Origin: Sulfurovum riftiae
GTDB taxonomy: Bacteria > Campylobacterota > Campylobacteria > Campylobacterales > Sulfurovaceae
Reading direction: 5' to 3'
Length of the DNA stretch: 24,000 nucleotides
Assembly (NCBI RefSeq): GCF_001595645.1
Contig: NZ_LNKT01000045.1
Coordinates: 69,472-93,471, forward strand
The notes under the pieces are model-generated. The model saw only the letters and a program-made list of their open reading frames with translations. It had not been told where the DNA came from and did no database searches. Positions within the stretch are counted from its first letter, which is position 1; every line of letters begins with the position of its first letter. Of the stretch, positions 9,010 through 17,373 are shown in pieces. The position numbers were made by a program, and so were the translations under genes.

Positions 9010-10203
9010 ATGAAAACAGTAAAAGATATCGATATTGACGGCAAAAGAGTATTTATACGATGTGACTTCAACGTACCAAAAGACGAATTCGGTAACATCA
9101 CCGATGACAGACGTATCCGTTCTGCACTGCAGACGATCCGCTACTGCATTGACAGAGACTGCAAGATCATTCTTGCATCACATTATGAGAGACCGGAACC
9201 GGGCAAGTATGAAGAGAAATACTCTTTGAAACCCGTAGCAAAAAGGCTGCATACCCTTCTGAAGATCAAAAATGAACTCTATATGGCCAATGATGTGGTC
9301 GGTCCGGATGCCAAAGAGAAAGCGGCCAAACTGGAGGCAGGTGACGTTCTGATGCTTGAGAACCTTCGTTATGAAGCAGGGGAGACCAGCAATGATGAGG
9401 CATTTGCCAAAGAGTTGGCTTCCTTTGCCGATGTCTATATCAATGACGCTTTCGGTGCTTGCCATAGAAAGCATGCTTCTATCTATGCTATTGCAAAACA
9501 GTTCGACAGAGACCATAAAGCGGCAGGTTTTCTGATGGCAAAAGAAGTTAACTTCTTCAGCAAAGTACTTGAAGAACCTATCAGACCCTTTGTGGCGGTG
9601 GTAGGCGGATCGAAAGTATCGGGTAAACTTCAGGCTTTGACCAACCTCCTCAATAAAGTGGACAAAGTCATTATCGGCGGCGGTATGGCATTTACTTTTC
9701 TCAAGGCACAGGGCTATGAGATCGGCAAATCGCTGGTGGAGGATGACCTGATCGACGAAGCAAGGGACATCATGGAAAAAGCGCACTCTCTGGGTGTGAA
9801 ATTCTACCTCCCTGTCGATTTTGTCGTGGCACCGGAATTTTCAGAGAATACAGCAGTCAAATACCTTCCTTCCCAGGAGATCCCTCATGACTGGATGGGG
9901 CTCGATACGGGACCGGCCTCTTCAAGACTTTTCCGTGAAGTGCTCAACGATGCACAGACGATCATCTGGAACGGGCCAATGGGCGTGTACGAGATGGACA
10001 AGTTCTCCAAAGGGAGTATCATGATGTCTCACCATATCGCGGAGACACATGCAACGACCATTGTTGGCGGTGGTGATACTGCTGATGTGGCACAAAGAGC
10101 CGGGGATGTGGATGAAATGACCTTTGTCAGTACCGGAGGCGGTGCAAGCCTCAAGCTGATAGAGGGAATCAAACTTCCCGGTCTTGAAGCATTAGAAAAG
10201 TGA
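9010..10203 (+). CDS. pgk: Phosphoglycerate kinase
   Basis: RxDFNVP, GGAKVSxK-like (GGSKVSGK), GGGDT and STGGGA motifs. The stop codon TGA forms the first 3 nt of the heptamer array. Confidence 0.96.
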   Translation: MKTVKDIDIDGKRVFIRCDFNVPKDEFGNITDDRRIRSALQTIRYCIDRDCKIILASHYERPEPGKYEEKYSLKPVAKRLHTLLKIKNELYMANDVVGPDAKEKAAKLEAGDVLMLENLRYEAGETSNDEAFAKELASFADVYINDAFGACHRKHASIYAIAKQFDRDHKAAGFLMAKEVNFFSKVLEEPIRPFVAVVGGSKVSGKLQALTNLLNKVDKVIIGGGMAFTFLKAQGYEIGKSLVEDDLIDEARDIMEKAHSLGVKFYLPVDFVVAPEFSENTAVKYLPSQEIPHDWMGLDTGPASSRLFREVLNDAQTIIWNGPMGVYEMDKFSKGSIMMSHHIAETHATTIVGGGDTADVAQRAGDVDEMTFVSTGGGASLKLIEGIKLPGLEALEK

Positions 10204-10228
10204 ACAGAGTACAGTGAACAATGAACAA
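10199..10228 (+). repeat. Cassette 1, 5' arm: tandem heptamers TGAACAG/AGTACAG/TGAACAA/TGAACAA
   Basis: 7-nt periodicity read directly. 10209-10223 (GTACAGTGAACAATG) is the perfect reverse complement of 10582-10596. The arm contains the pgk stop and the four-helix-bundle ATG. Confidence 0.9.
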
Positions 10229-10580
10229 TAATATTTTGAGTGAAAAAAGTTTTTCTTTTGCCCTTAGAATCATTAAATTGTCATCGTTCCTAACTGATAA
10301 AAAAAGAGAGTATACTCTTTCAAAACAGATTTTACGAAGTGGTACTTCAATTGGTGCTTTGGTGCGTGAAGCACAATATGCACAGTCCAAATCGGATTTT
10401 ATTCATAAATTAAGTATTGCACTTAAAGAAGCCAATGAAACAGAATATTGGTTGCAGTTATTGGTAGAGTCTGAATATATAAGTCGTAAGATGTTTGAAA
10501 GTATTGAACCAGAAATAAAAGAGTTATTGAGATTATTGATCTCAAGTATAAAAACCACAAAACAAAATATAAATACATAA
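10221..10580 (+). CDS. Four-helix-bundle protein (23S rRNA intervening-sequence protein family, TIGR02436/PF05635, Avd-like), copy 1
   Basis: Family-typical KSFSFALRIIKL...LSKQILRSGTSIGALVREAQYAQSKSDFIHKLSIALKEANETEYWLQLL. About 119 aa. Much more AT-rich than pgk and tpiA. Confidence 0.9.
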   Translation: MNNNILSEKSFSFALRIIKLSSFLTDKKREYTLSKQILRSGTSIGALVREAQYAQSKSDFIHKLSIALKEANETEYWLQLLVESEYISRKMFESIEPEIKELLRLLISSIKTTKQNINT

Positions 10581-10581
10581 G

Positions 10582-10614
10582 CATTGTTCACTGTACATTG
10601 TACATTGTTCACTG
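10582..10614 (+). repeat. Cassette 1, 3' arm: tandem heptamers CATTGTT/CACTGTA/CATTGTA/CATTGTT/CACTG
   Basis: 7-nt periodicity. Inverted complement of the 5' arm. Starts 2 nt after the ORF stop and ends just before the tpiA RBS (AAAGGA). Confidence 0.9.
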
Positions 10615-10626
10615 AAAGGATACCCT

Positions 10627-11316
10627 ATGATCTTTGCTGCCAACTTTAAAATGAACCATACGCGTGCGACGACCAAAGCCTATCTGGATGTATTGGCTCA
10701 GAAGCTGGTTTCAAAATGCAGTGAAGACCGTGTTTTCATTTTTCCGCCTGCCACGGCACTGGATAGGTATGAAGGTGATTTTACGATTGGAGTGCAGAAT
10801 GCCTATATGGCGGAGTCCGGTGCCTATACCGGTGAGATCGGCCTGGAACAGCTTGAAGAGTTCGGCATAAAGACCATTCTCATCGGCCATAGTGAAAGGC
10901 GTGATGTTCTGGGTGAGGACCAGGCACTGGTCGCTGAGAAATTCGCCTATTTCAAAGCGCAGGGTTTCGAGATCGTCTACTGTATCGGTGAAGCATTGGA
11001 GGTAAGGGAAAAGGGAGATGAAGCGGTAATGGCACATCTTCTTTCCCAGTTCGAGGGGATCGACCTCTCGTATGAAAAACTCATCATTGCCTATGAACCG
11101 ATCTGGGCGATCGGTACAGGGCGTTCTGCGACGACAGAAGAGATCTCCTCTACACATGCGTCACTCAAAGAGCACTTTGACAGGCCTCTGCTCTATGGCG
11201 GCTCCGTCAAACCTGAAAACATCAAAGAGATCACTGCAATTGATGGTGTGGATGGTGTTCTGGTAGGTTCCGCTTCTTTGGATGTGGAGCGTTTTTCCGA
11301 AATGATCTTCGCGTAA
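10627..11316 (+). CDS. tpiA: Triose-phosphate isomerase
   Basis: MIFAANFKMN start, IGHSERR, YEPIWAIGTG, GGSV motifs. Confidence 0.95.
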   Translation: MIFAANFKMNHTRATTKAYLDVLAQKLVSKCSEDRVFIFPPATALDRYEGDFTIGVQNAYMAESGAYTGEIGLEQLEEFGIKTILIGHSERRDVLGEDQALVAEKFAYFKAQGFEIVYCIGEALEVREKGDEAVMAHLLSQFEGIDLSYEKLIIAYEPIWAIGTGRSATTEEISSTHASLKEHFDRPLLYGGSVKPENIKEITAIDGVDGVLVGSASLDVERFSEMIFA

Positions 11317-11327
11317 GAAATTGGAGT

Positions 11328-11363
11328 CGGGACTTCAGTCCCGTTAACGCGACTGAAGTCGCG
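11328..11363. terminator. Twin hairpins between convergent tpiA and nusA
   Basis: CGGGAC-TTCA-GTCCCG (11328-11343) and CGCGAC-TGAA-GTCGCG (11348-11363), arranged around a central GTTAAC. No clean U-tract on either strand, so terminator function is uncertain. Confidence 0.5.
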
Positions 11364-11379
11364 ATTCCTGGAGGAGGTT

Positions 11380-12543
11380 TTATTTGAACAGATCCGCCAA
11401 TGCGCTTGTATCTGTTGTCTTCTCCATTTCACCGCCTTCAGCAGATTCAGGTTGTCTTTCTGTGACCCCTTCCACTTCATTCAGCTCAATGGTATAGCCT
11501 GTCAGCATCGATGCCAGACGGATGTTGATACCGCTTTTACCGATCGCTTTGGCTTTCTGGTCGCCGGTAATGTTGATGACAGCTTTCTTCTCATCCTGAT
11601 CGACCTTGATGCTCTGCGTGATCGCAGGACTTAATGCCCTTGTGATGAAGATCTCCGGGATGGGAGAGTATTCGATACAGTCGATGTTCTCACCGTTAAG
11701 CTCTTCACTGACCGCGTTGATACGCACCCCTTTGACACCGACAGCAGCACCGATAGGGTCCACATTCATCTGGTCGGTCTTCAGTGCGATCTTCGCTCTC
11801 TCACCGGGAATTCTCGCAGCATTGACGATCTCGACGACGCCGTCCGCGATCTCCGGCACTTCACTTGCCATCAGGGCTTCAAGGAACTTTGGCGATGTTC
11901 TTGTCAGCTCGAGGAAAAGACCATACTGCGGATCGACACTGACATAACGCAGCAGCGCTCTGATGGTATCTCCGCGCTTGAACTTTTCGCCTTTGATACG
12001 GTTCCTGAGTGTCAAAATCCCCTTCAGCTCGCCGATCTCCACATGGGTATTGTCGTCGGCGTCAATACGGTTGACAGTCCCCAACATGACAGTACCGACC
12101 TTTTCTCTGTATTTTTCGAACAGGTCCTGCTCGATACGTCTCTGTAGGTGATATTCAAGCTCTCTGAAAAGATTGGCGGAAGCGGTACGTCCATGATCTT
12201 CGAGGATGAACTCCTCTGTCAGTTTGTCGCCGATCTCGAGTGACTCGTCGAACTCTTTGGCTTCGGAGAGAGGCATAACGGCATCGGAAGGTACCATCTC
12301 TTTGTTATCTTCTCTTCCTACTTCCACGAAAAGCTGCTCATCGTCATCTGCCACGACCGTAATGACCTTGTGTACTGAATAGGTCTTGGTATCGTTATCG
12401 ATGGTCACTTCGAAATTGCTTGTATAGCTTGTCAGTTTTTTGGCAGTGTTGATCAGTGCTTCTTTGAATGCTTCGATCGCATGTTCTTTTGAGATGTTTT
12501 TTTCATGTGCGATCGCTTCTATGATATCTAGTATTTTTTCCAT
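11380..12543 (-). CDS. nusA: Transcription termination/antitermination factor NusA
   Basis: N-terminal MEKILDIIEAIAHEKNI, S1 domain and two KH domains (GxxGxRI, GKxGxNIRLA). I prefer ATG 12543, which has an AAGGAAA RBS, to the ORF-track start at 12594. Confidence 0.93.
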   Translation of the reverse strand: MEKILDIIEAIAHEKNISKEHAIEAFKEALINTAKKLTSYTSNFEVTIDNDTKTYSVHKVITVVADDDEQLFVEVGREDNKEMVPSDAVMPLSEAKEFDESLEIGDKLTEEFILEDHGRTASANLFRELEYHLQRRIEQDLFEKYREKVGTVMLGTVNRIDADDNTHVEIGELKGILTLRNRIKGEKFKRGDTIRALLRYVSVDPQYGLFLELTRTSPKFLEALMASEVPEIADGVVEIVNAARIPGERAKIALKTDQMNVDPIGAAVGVKGVRINAVSEELNGENIDCIEYSPIPEIFITRALSPAITQSIKVDQDEKKAVINITGDQKAKAIGKSGINIRLASMLTGYTIELNEVEGVTERQPESAEGGEMEKTTDTSALADLFK

Positions 12544-12733
12544 AATCCATTTCCTTGAATGTAGTTTCAATCCTACCGCTACAAGAGGTAACATAACAGT
12601 GTTAAGAACGTCCGGGGGAGCAGTGTTTTTGAAGAATAGAATTATATCTCATCTAACCTTTACTGAAAATAAAGTATAATAAATGAAATTGATGTCATGA
12701 AACTGAATAATAAATTGCAAAAGGTATAGAGAA

Positions 12734-12973
12734 ATGAAACTGAAACTTGCTAGAACGACACTTAAAGCAAAACCGAAAACCATCGAGTTGAAAAAACTGG
12801 AAGAGGAACTAGCAAGCAGATCGATCTTTTACTTTGACAAAGACAATTCCCATAAAGAGCTGAAAGAGCTTATCGAATATTTCGAAGAGAAGGGCTATTC
12901 TGTCTATATGCGCGAAGTGAAATATGGCCTTGATGATAACGAGTTCATCTACGAAGTACATATCATTGCCTAA
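12734..12973 (+). CDS. Small conserved protein (79 aa), possibly the HP0268-like family found next to miaB in Helicobacter
   Basis: Good RBS (AAAGG) and a clean ORF. Sits directly upstream of miaB, as HP0268 does relative to HP0269. The family assignment is from memory and position only. Confidence 0.55.
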   Translation: MKLKLARTTLKAKPKTIELKKLEEELASRSIFYFDKDNSHKELKELIEYFEEKGYSVYMREVKYGLDDNEFIYEVHIIA

Positions 12974-12982
12974 GGAGAACAG

Positions 12983-13010
12983 GTAGCGCGTTGTGCGTAG
13001 CCAGTAGAAT
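12983..13010 (+). repeat. Heptamer-periodic tract GTAGCGC/GTTGTGC/GTAGCCA/GTAGAAT
   Basis: GTAG recurs with 7-nt spacing, read directly. The tract is degenerate. Confidence 0.55.
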
Positions 13011-13037
13011 CTTACACTCATTAAACACTTTATCTTC

Positions 13038-13067
13038 TACCCCTACCCACATTACCCACTACCCACT
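13038..13067 (+). repeat. Approximately heptameric tract TACCCC/TACCCACAT/TACCCAC/TACCCAC just upstream of the miaB ATG
   Basis: Read directly. Opposite polarity (CTAC vs GTAG) to the 12983-13010 tract and only partly complementary to it. It occupies the place where an SD would be expected. Confidence 0.6.
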
Positions 13068-13072
13068 ATAAA

Positions 13073-14368
13073 ATGAAGAAACTATTTATCGAAACCCTCG
13101 GATGCGCAATGAATGTCCGTGACAGTGAACATATGATCGCCGAACTGAACCGGAAAGAACCTTACGAACTCACGCAGAATCTTGACGAAGCCGACCTTAT
13201 CATCATCAACACCTGTTCCGTCAGGGAAAAACCGGTCGCCAAACTCTTCTCAGAGATCGGTGTCTTCAACAAGCACAAAAAATCCGGAGCCAAGATAGGT
13301 GTTGCAGGGTGTACTGCGAGCCACCTGGGGAAAGATATTATCAAGAGAGCACCGTCGGTGGATTTTGTCATCGGTGCAAGGAATGTCTCAAAGATCACAC
13401 AGGTGGTCGACAAAAAACATGCCGTTGAAATAGATACGGATTATGATGAGAGTACCTATGCGTTCGGTGAGTACAGGACCAACCCTTTCAAAGCGATGGT
13501 GAATATCTCCATCGGCTGTGACAAATCCTGTACCTTCTGTATCGTTCCTGCGACCAGAGGCGATGAGATTTCCATTCCCAGTGACCTTTTGGTACAGGAG
13601 ATTAGCAAAGCGGTCGCATCGGGTGCCAGAGAGGTGATGCTTCTGGGGCAGAATGTCAATAATTACGGCAGACGTTTCGGTGCCGCAGAAGAGCAGATCG
13701 ATTTTACGGGACTGCTTCGCAAGATCTCGAAGATAGAAGGACTGGAGCGTATCAGGTTCACCTCACCTCATCCGCTGCACATGGATGATGCATTCATCGA
13801 AGAGTTCGCCTCCAATCCGAAGATATGCAAGCAGATACATGTGCCGCTTCAGAGCGGCTCGACCTCTCTGCTCAAAGCCATGAAGCGCGGCTATACCAAA
13901 GAGAATTTTCTCAACCGTTGTGAGAAGATACGCACGCTCTGTCCCGAAGCAACGATCTCTACCGATATCATTGTGGGATTTCCGGGAGAGCGCGAAGAAG
14001 ATTTTGCAGATACGATGGATGTCCTTGAAAAGGTGCGTTTTGAACAGCTTTTTTCTTTCAAGTACTCTCCCAGACCCCATACGGAAGCGGCAGAATTCGA
14101 AGAGCAGATCGATGATAAAGTTGCCGGGGAACGCCTGACAAGATTGCAGGCAAGGCATACGGAGATCCTCGATGAGATTATGGATGCACAGCTTGGGAAG
14201 ATACATGAGGTCTATTTCGACGAACTCAAATCCAACGGCAGGATTTCCGGACGAAGCGATGACGGAAAACTGGTCTTTGTCGAAGGAAGTGAAGAGCTGC
14301 TCGGGAAGATCGTGGATGTCAAGATCACAAAAACGTCACGCGGTGCACTAGACGGTGTAGTGGTATAG
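13073..14368 (+). CDS. miaB: tRNA-2-methylthio-N6-dimethylallyladenosine synthase (radical SAM methylthiotransferase)
   Basis: UPF0004 N-terminal domain ([20 protein letters not shown]), radical SAM CxxxCxxC (CDKSCTFC), C-terminal TRAM domain. Confidence 0.93.
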   Translation: MKKLFIETLGCAMNVRDSEHMIAELNRKEPYELTQNLDEADLIIINTCSVREKPVAKLFSEIGVFNKHKKSGAKIGVAGCTASHLGKDIIKRAPSVDFVIGARNVSKITQVVDKKHAVEIDTDYDESTYAFGEYRTNPFKAMVNISIGCDKSCTFCIVPATRGDEISIPSDLLVQEISKAVASGAREVMLLGQNVNNYGRRFGAAEEQIDFTGLLRKISKIEGLERIRFTSPHPLHMDDAFIEEFASNPKICKQIHVPLQSGSTSLLKAMKRGYTKENFLNRCEKIRTLCPEATISTDIIVGFPGEREEDFADTMDVLEKVRFEQLFSFKYSPRPHTEAAEFEEQIDDKVAGERLTRLQARHTEILDEIMDAQLGKIHEVYFDELKSNGRISGRSDDGKLVFVEGSEELLGKIVDVKITKTSRGALDGVVV

Positions 14369-14374
14369 AGTGTT

Positions 14375-14995
14375 ATGAAGGAGTTTTTCAGGGGAGTGGC
14401 AAAGGTTATCGTTCCTCCTCTTGTCTACCTTTTGATGCGGATCATCTGGTGGACGACTTCCAAGAAATTCCATTTCATCTCTCCCGTAAGTGAGGTACAG
14501 CATGTCTGTGTCTGCTGGCACGGCGAACTTCTTATGAGCCCTCAGGCCTACAGGAAAATACACAGAAAACAGCCGGCATCGGCCATCATCTCTTCCCATT
14601 TTGACGGCTCGCTTATTGCAGGTACACTGCAACTTCTGGGGATAAGGCCGCTGAGAGGTTCTACCAAAAAAGGTGCAAAACAGGTGCTCCTTCAGGCATT
14701 TAAAAGTATCAAGCAGGGGGAAGAGGTACTCATTACGCCCGATGGCCCCAGGGGGCCCAGACACTCCATGAGTGACGGTGCCGTAGGGATCGCACTCAAG
14801 AGTAATCTGCCGATCTTCATTATGAACTTCACGGCTGAGAACTACTGGCAACTGAAGAGTTGGGACCGGTTCGTCATCCCCAAGCCTTTTACAAAGGTTG
14901 ATTTCTATCTGCAGAGCGTCTCTCTGGAGGGCATGGATTTTGAAGAGGCGAAAGAGTACCTTCGAGAGAAAATGTTAGAACATACAATTCCGTAG
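14375..14995 (+). CDS. DUF374 / lysophospholipid acyltransferase-like protein (HP0270-like)
   Basis: N-terminal TM segment. WHGELL (HxxxxD-like region), ITPDGPRGP motif typical of DUF374. Conserved position after miaB. Confidence 0.75.
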   Translation: MKEFFRGVAKVIVPPLVYLLMRIIWWTTSKKFHFISPVSEVQHVCVCWHGELLMSPQAYRKIHRKQPASAIISSHFDGSLIAGTLQLLGIRPLRGSTKKGAKQVLLQAFKSIKQGEEVLITPDGPRGPRHSMSDGAVGIALKSNLPIFIMNFTAENYWQLKSWDRFVIPKPFTKVDFYLQSVSLEGMDFEEAKEYLREKMLEHTIP

Positions 14996-14996
14996 A

Positions 14997-15026
14997 GTCG
15001 GTTTACCGACCAGGTTTTTTATTTCA
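14997..15026 (+). terminator. Rho-independent terminator after the DUF374 gene (first hairpin of a double-hairpin element)
   Basis: GTCGG-TTTA-CCGAC followed by CAGGTTTTTTATTT. Confidence 0.7.
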
Positions 15027-15063
15027 TGGTCGGTGAACCGACCCTACAGGGGAGGAATATAGA

Positions 15064-15900
15064 ATGAAAGAGAAGCTTCAAAACTATGTAGAAGATTTTC
15101 TTGAATATCTTCTTGATGTTCGCGGGTACTCTGAACTTTCTGTGGAGACCTACGAGATCGCGTTGCGACAGATGGGTGAGGTGAGCCATTTTTATGAAGA
15201 GGACGGCATGACGGTGCTCGATATCACCCCATTTCGTTTCAAGATCGTTAAAAACAGTAAAAAGACCATTGTCAAAAAACTCTCAGCCGTGCGCTCTTTC
15301 GTCAAATACCTTGAAGAGCAGTGCCATCTTTTGGTCAAACTCATTGCAGATGAGTCCATAAAGGTACCCCAAAGCCTCCCCAAGCCTATTGAAGAGCAGT
15401 ATATAGACGAGGTGTTGGAGAAGGCCAATTTGGAGGAGAAACTGCTTATAACGATGTTGTATGGTTTGGGACTGAGAATTTCTGAACTCAGTGGGATGAA
15501 ACTGGAAGATATCAAAGGTGAGTGGGTACAGATACATGGGAAAGGGAATAAAGTAAGAGAGTTGCCTTTGATGGAGGAATTAACGAGACTGATCAAATTG
15601 TATCGTGACCGTTATGTGCCTAAAAGGTATCTTTTTGAAAAAGGCAATGCTCCGATGAACGCGGCACAACTGCGCTACAAATTGACAAAACTCTTTAAAA
15701 AAGAGGGGCTGAAGGTCACCCCTCATCAACTGCGCCACTCTTTTGCGACACATCTTCTCAACCATGGTGCAAGAATAGCCGATGTCAGCGAACTCCTGGG
15801 GCATGAGACGATGGCCACGACACAGGTCTATACCAAACTTGGGTCGGTAAAGAAGATGCAGGAGTATATGAAGGCGCATCCACTCGCAAAAGAGGAGTGA
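15064..15900 (+). CDS. xerH: Tyrosine site-specific recombinase, XerH/XerC-D type
   Basis: Catalytic motifs LGLRISE (Arg I), HQLRHSFATHLL (H-x-x-R), LLGHETMATTQVYT (catalytic Tyr). GGAGG RBS. Confidence 0.85.
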   Translation: MKEKLQNYVEDFLEYLLDVRGYSELSVETYEIALRQMGEVSHFYEEDGMTVLDITPFRFKIVKNSKKTIVKKLSAVRSFVKYLEEQCHLLVKLIADESIKVPQSLPKPIEEQYIDEVLEKANLEEKLLITMLYGLGLRISELSGMKLEDIKGEWVQIHGKGNKVRELPLMEELTRLIKLYRDRYVPKRYLFEKGNAPMNAAQLRYKLTKLFKKEGLKVTPHQLRHSFATHLLNHGARIADVSELLGHETMATTQVYTKLGSVKKMQEYMKAHPLAKEE

Positions 15901-15948
15901 CCCTTCGACAGGCTCAGGGACCGAGGAAAAAAATCGTTTATCCCGTAG

Positions 15949-15975
15949 GGTGGGCTTCAGCCCACCTTTCTTTAC
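15949..15975 (+). terminator. Hairpin plus T-rich tail downstream of xerH (first hairpin of a double-hairpin element)
   Basis: GGTGGGC-TTCA-GCCCACC followed by TTTCTTTAC. Confidence 0.55.
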
Positions 15976-16036
15976 AATTCGGATTTGAAATAATAATCCA
16001 TTTGTCTATAGGTTTTTTGGTGGGCTAAAGCCCACC

Positions 16037-17020
16037 CTACGGAAGTATTGTTAGGTCAATATTTTCCCGGTACAAATACGCTCTGATCTTGGGAGGAATC
16101 CTTTTGACCCTGCACTTTTCTTTGAATTCTTTTGGCATATCTGTTGTAACGTAGGGGGCAACATAAAGAAGGTCATCCTCTATTTCAATTGCCCACTCCC
16201 CACCAATGACCAGACTTTTTTCTCTTGCTATTTCTTCTCTCTGAGCAGAGGAAAGAAGATATCCCAGTTTTTTCAGTGTAAGGTCAGCAGCTTTTACTTT
16301 TGAACTAGTCTGCCTGAGTTTGATGATACGCAGTTGTTTTTCAGCGAAAAGCGTTTCGAAACCGGATTCGAGCAGTTTTTTATCGTCTCTCAGATAGGAA
16401 AAACTTCGTTTGATCCCCTCTCTGAATTGGGAAATGAGCGGATCGGAAAACGCTTTTCTAAAACGGTTACGTTCATATTTTTCATTGCTGTTGCTGTCGT
16501 CTATGAAATAGGGATAGTTATGTATTTCTAAATAATCAAGCAGTTCTTCCTTGGAATATTCAAGAAGAGGTCGAATCAAAGTATATCCATCCCTTTTACT
16601 TACTGGTTCAAGCCCAATGAGTTCTGAAAGCCCGGCTCCTTTGGTCAGGCGCATAAAAAGCCATTCAAGCTGGTCGTTCAGTTGATGTGCGGTCAGAAGC
16701 GTATCGTAGCCATGTTCTGCAATAAGGGTTTCAAAAAAATCGTAGCGGAATTTTCGTGCGTTTGCTTCAAAATGAGTTTTGAATACTGGTGCCTTGGTGG
16801 TGTAACACTTTTTGCCATATTTTTTCGCCAATGCTTTGGCATGCTCCTCTTCCTTGTTACTTTCCGGTCGTGTTCCGTAATTCACCAACGCGATATCGAA
16901 AGGGATATTGTTTTCCAAAAGAAGGAAAAAGAGGGCGGAAGAGTCTATTCCTGCTGAGAAGGCGAGCAGATTCTTCTTTTGAAGTAGGAAGTAGGAAGTA
17001 GGAAGTAGCAATTGAGACAT
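16037..17020 (-). CDS. tilS: tRNA(Ile)-lysidine synthetase
   Basis: PP-loop SAGIDSS (SGGxDS type) and a TilS-like central region. The first ~13 codons (MSQLLLPTSYFLL) are encoded by cassette/repeat sequence. The ATG overlaps the upstream four-helix-bundle stop (TAATG). Confidence 0.88.
   Translation of the reverse strand: MSQLLLPTSYFLLQKKNLLAFSAGIDSSALFFLLLENNIPFDIALVNYGTRPESNKEEEHAKALAKKYGKKCYTTKAPVFKTHFEANARKFRYDFFETLIAEHGYDTLLTAHQLNDQLEWLFMRLTKGAGLSELIGLEPVSKRDGYTLIRPLLEYSKEELLDYLEIHNYPYFIDDSNSNEKYERNRFRKAFSDPLISQFREGIKRSFSYLRDDKKLLESGFETLFAEKQLRIIKLRQTSSKVKAADLTLKKLGYLLSSAQREEIAREKSLVIGGEWAIEIEDDLLYVAPYVTTDMPKEFKEKCRVKRIPPKIRAYLYRENIDLTILP
16981..17008. repeat. Cassette 2 arm: (GAAGTAG)x4, perfect, lying inside tilS codons 4-13
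   Basis: Four identical tandem heptamers read directly. Reverse complement of 17373-17396 (24 nt, perfect). Confidence 0.95.
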
Positions 17021-17373
17021 TATATAGATTCTTTGATTTTTTTTGTACTTGAAATAAGAAGTTTTAGAAGCTCATCTATTTCAGGAGCAATACTATTGTA
17101 CATTTTCTCATTGATATAATTAGATTCATTGAGTATTAAGAGCCAATATTCTGTTTCATTTGCTTCTTTAAGTGCGATAGTAAGCTTGTGTAGAAAATCA
17201 GCTGTTGATTGTGCATATTGTGCTTCTCTTATGAGTGCTCCAATGGATGTTCCACTTCGTAAAATTTGTTTTGAAAGTATATGTTCTTTGTGATTTTTCT
17301 GTAAATACTGGGAAAGCTTGACAATACGTAAGGCAAAAGAGAAACTTTTGTCGCGTAAGAGATCTTTTTTCAT
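17020..17373 (-). CDS. Four-helix-bundle protein (23S rRNA IVS protein / Avd-like family), copy 2
   Basis: KSFSFALRIVKL...LSKQILRSGTSIGALIREAQYAQSTADFLHKLTIALKEANETEYWLLIL. 117 aa and AT-rich. Lies 2 nt after the rimO stop and overlaps the tilS start by 1 nt. Confidence 0.9.
   Translation of the reverse strand: MKKDLLRDKSFSFALRIVKLSQYLQKNHKEHILSKQILRSGTSIGALIREAQYAQSTADFLHKLTIALKEANETEYWLLILNESNYINEKMYNSIAPEIDELLKLLISSTKKIKESI

Noticed and set aside
12544-12594. N-terminal extension of NusA (MLPLVAVGLKLHSRKWI), and similarly of RimO (18705..18779)
   Set aside because: The conserved N-termini begin at the internal Met: MEKILDII for NusA, which has a good RBS, and MSKKLHLVSLGC for RimO. The extensions are not family-like.
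15901-16036. Looked for a difH/dif-like XerH recombination site next to xerH
   Set aside because: I found only short arms (GGATT...AATCC) and the GC-rich hairpins. Nothing resembled a 28-bp site with 11-bp arms and a 6-bp centre, so I cannot support a dif call by eye.
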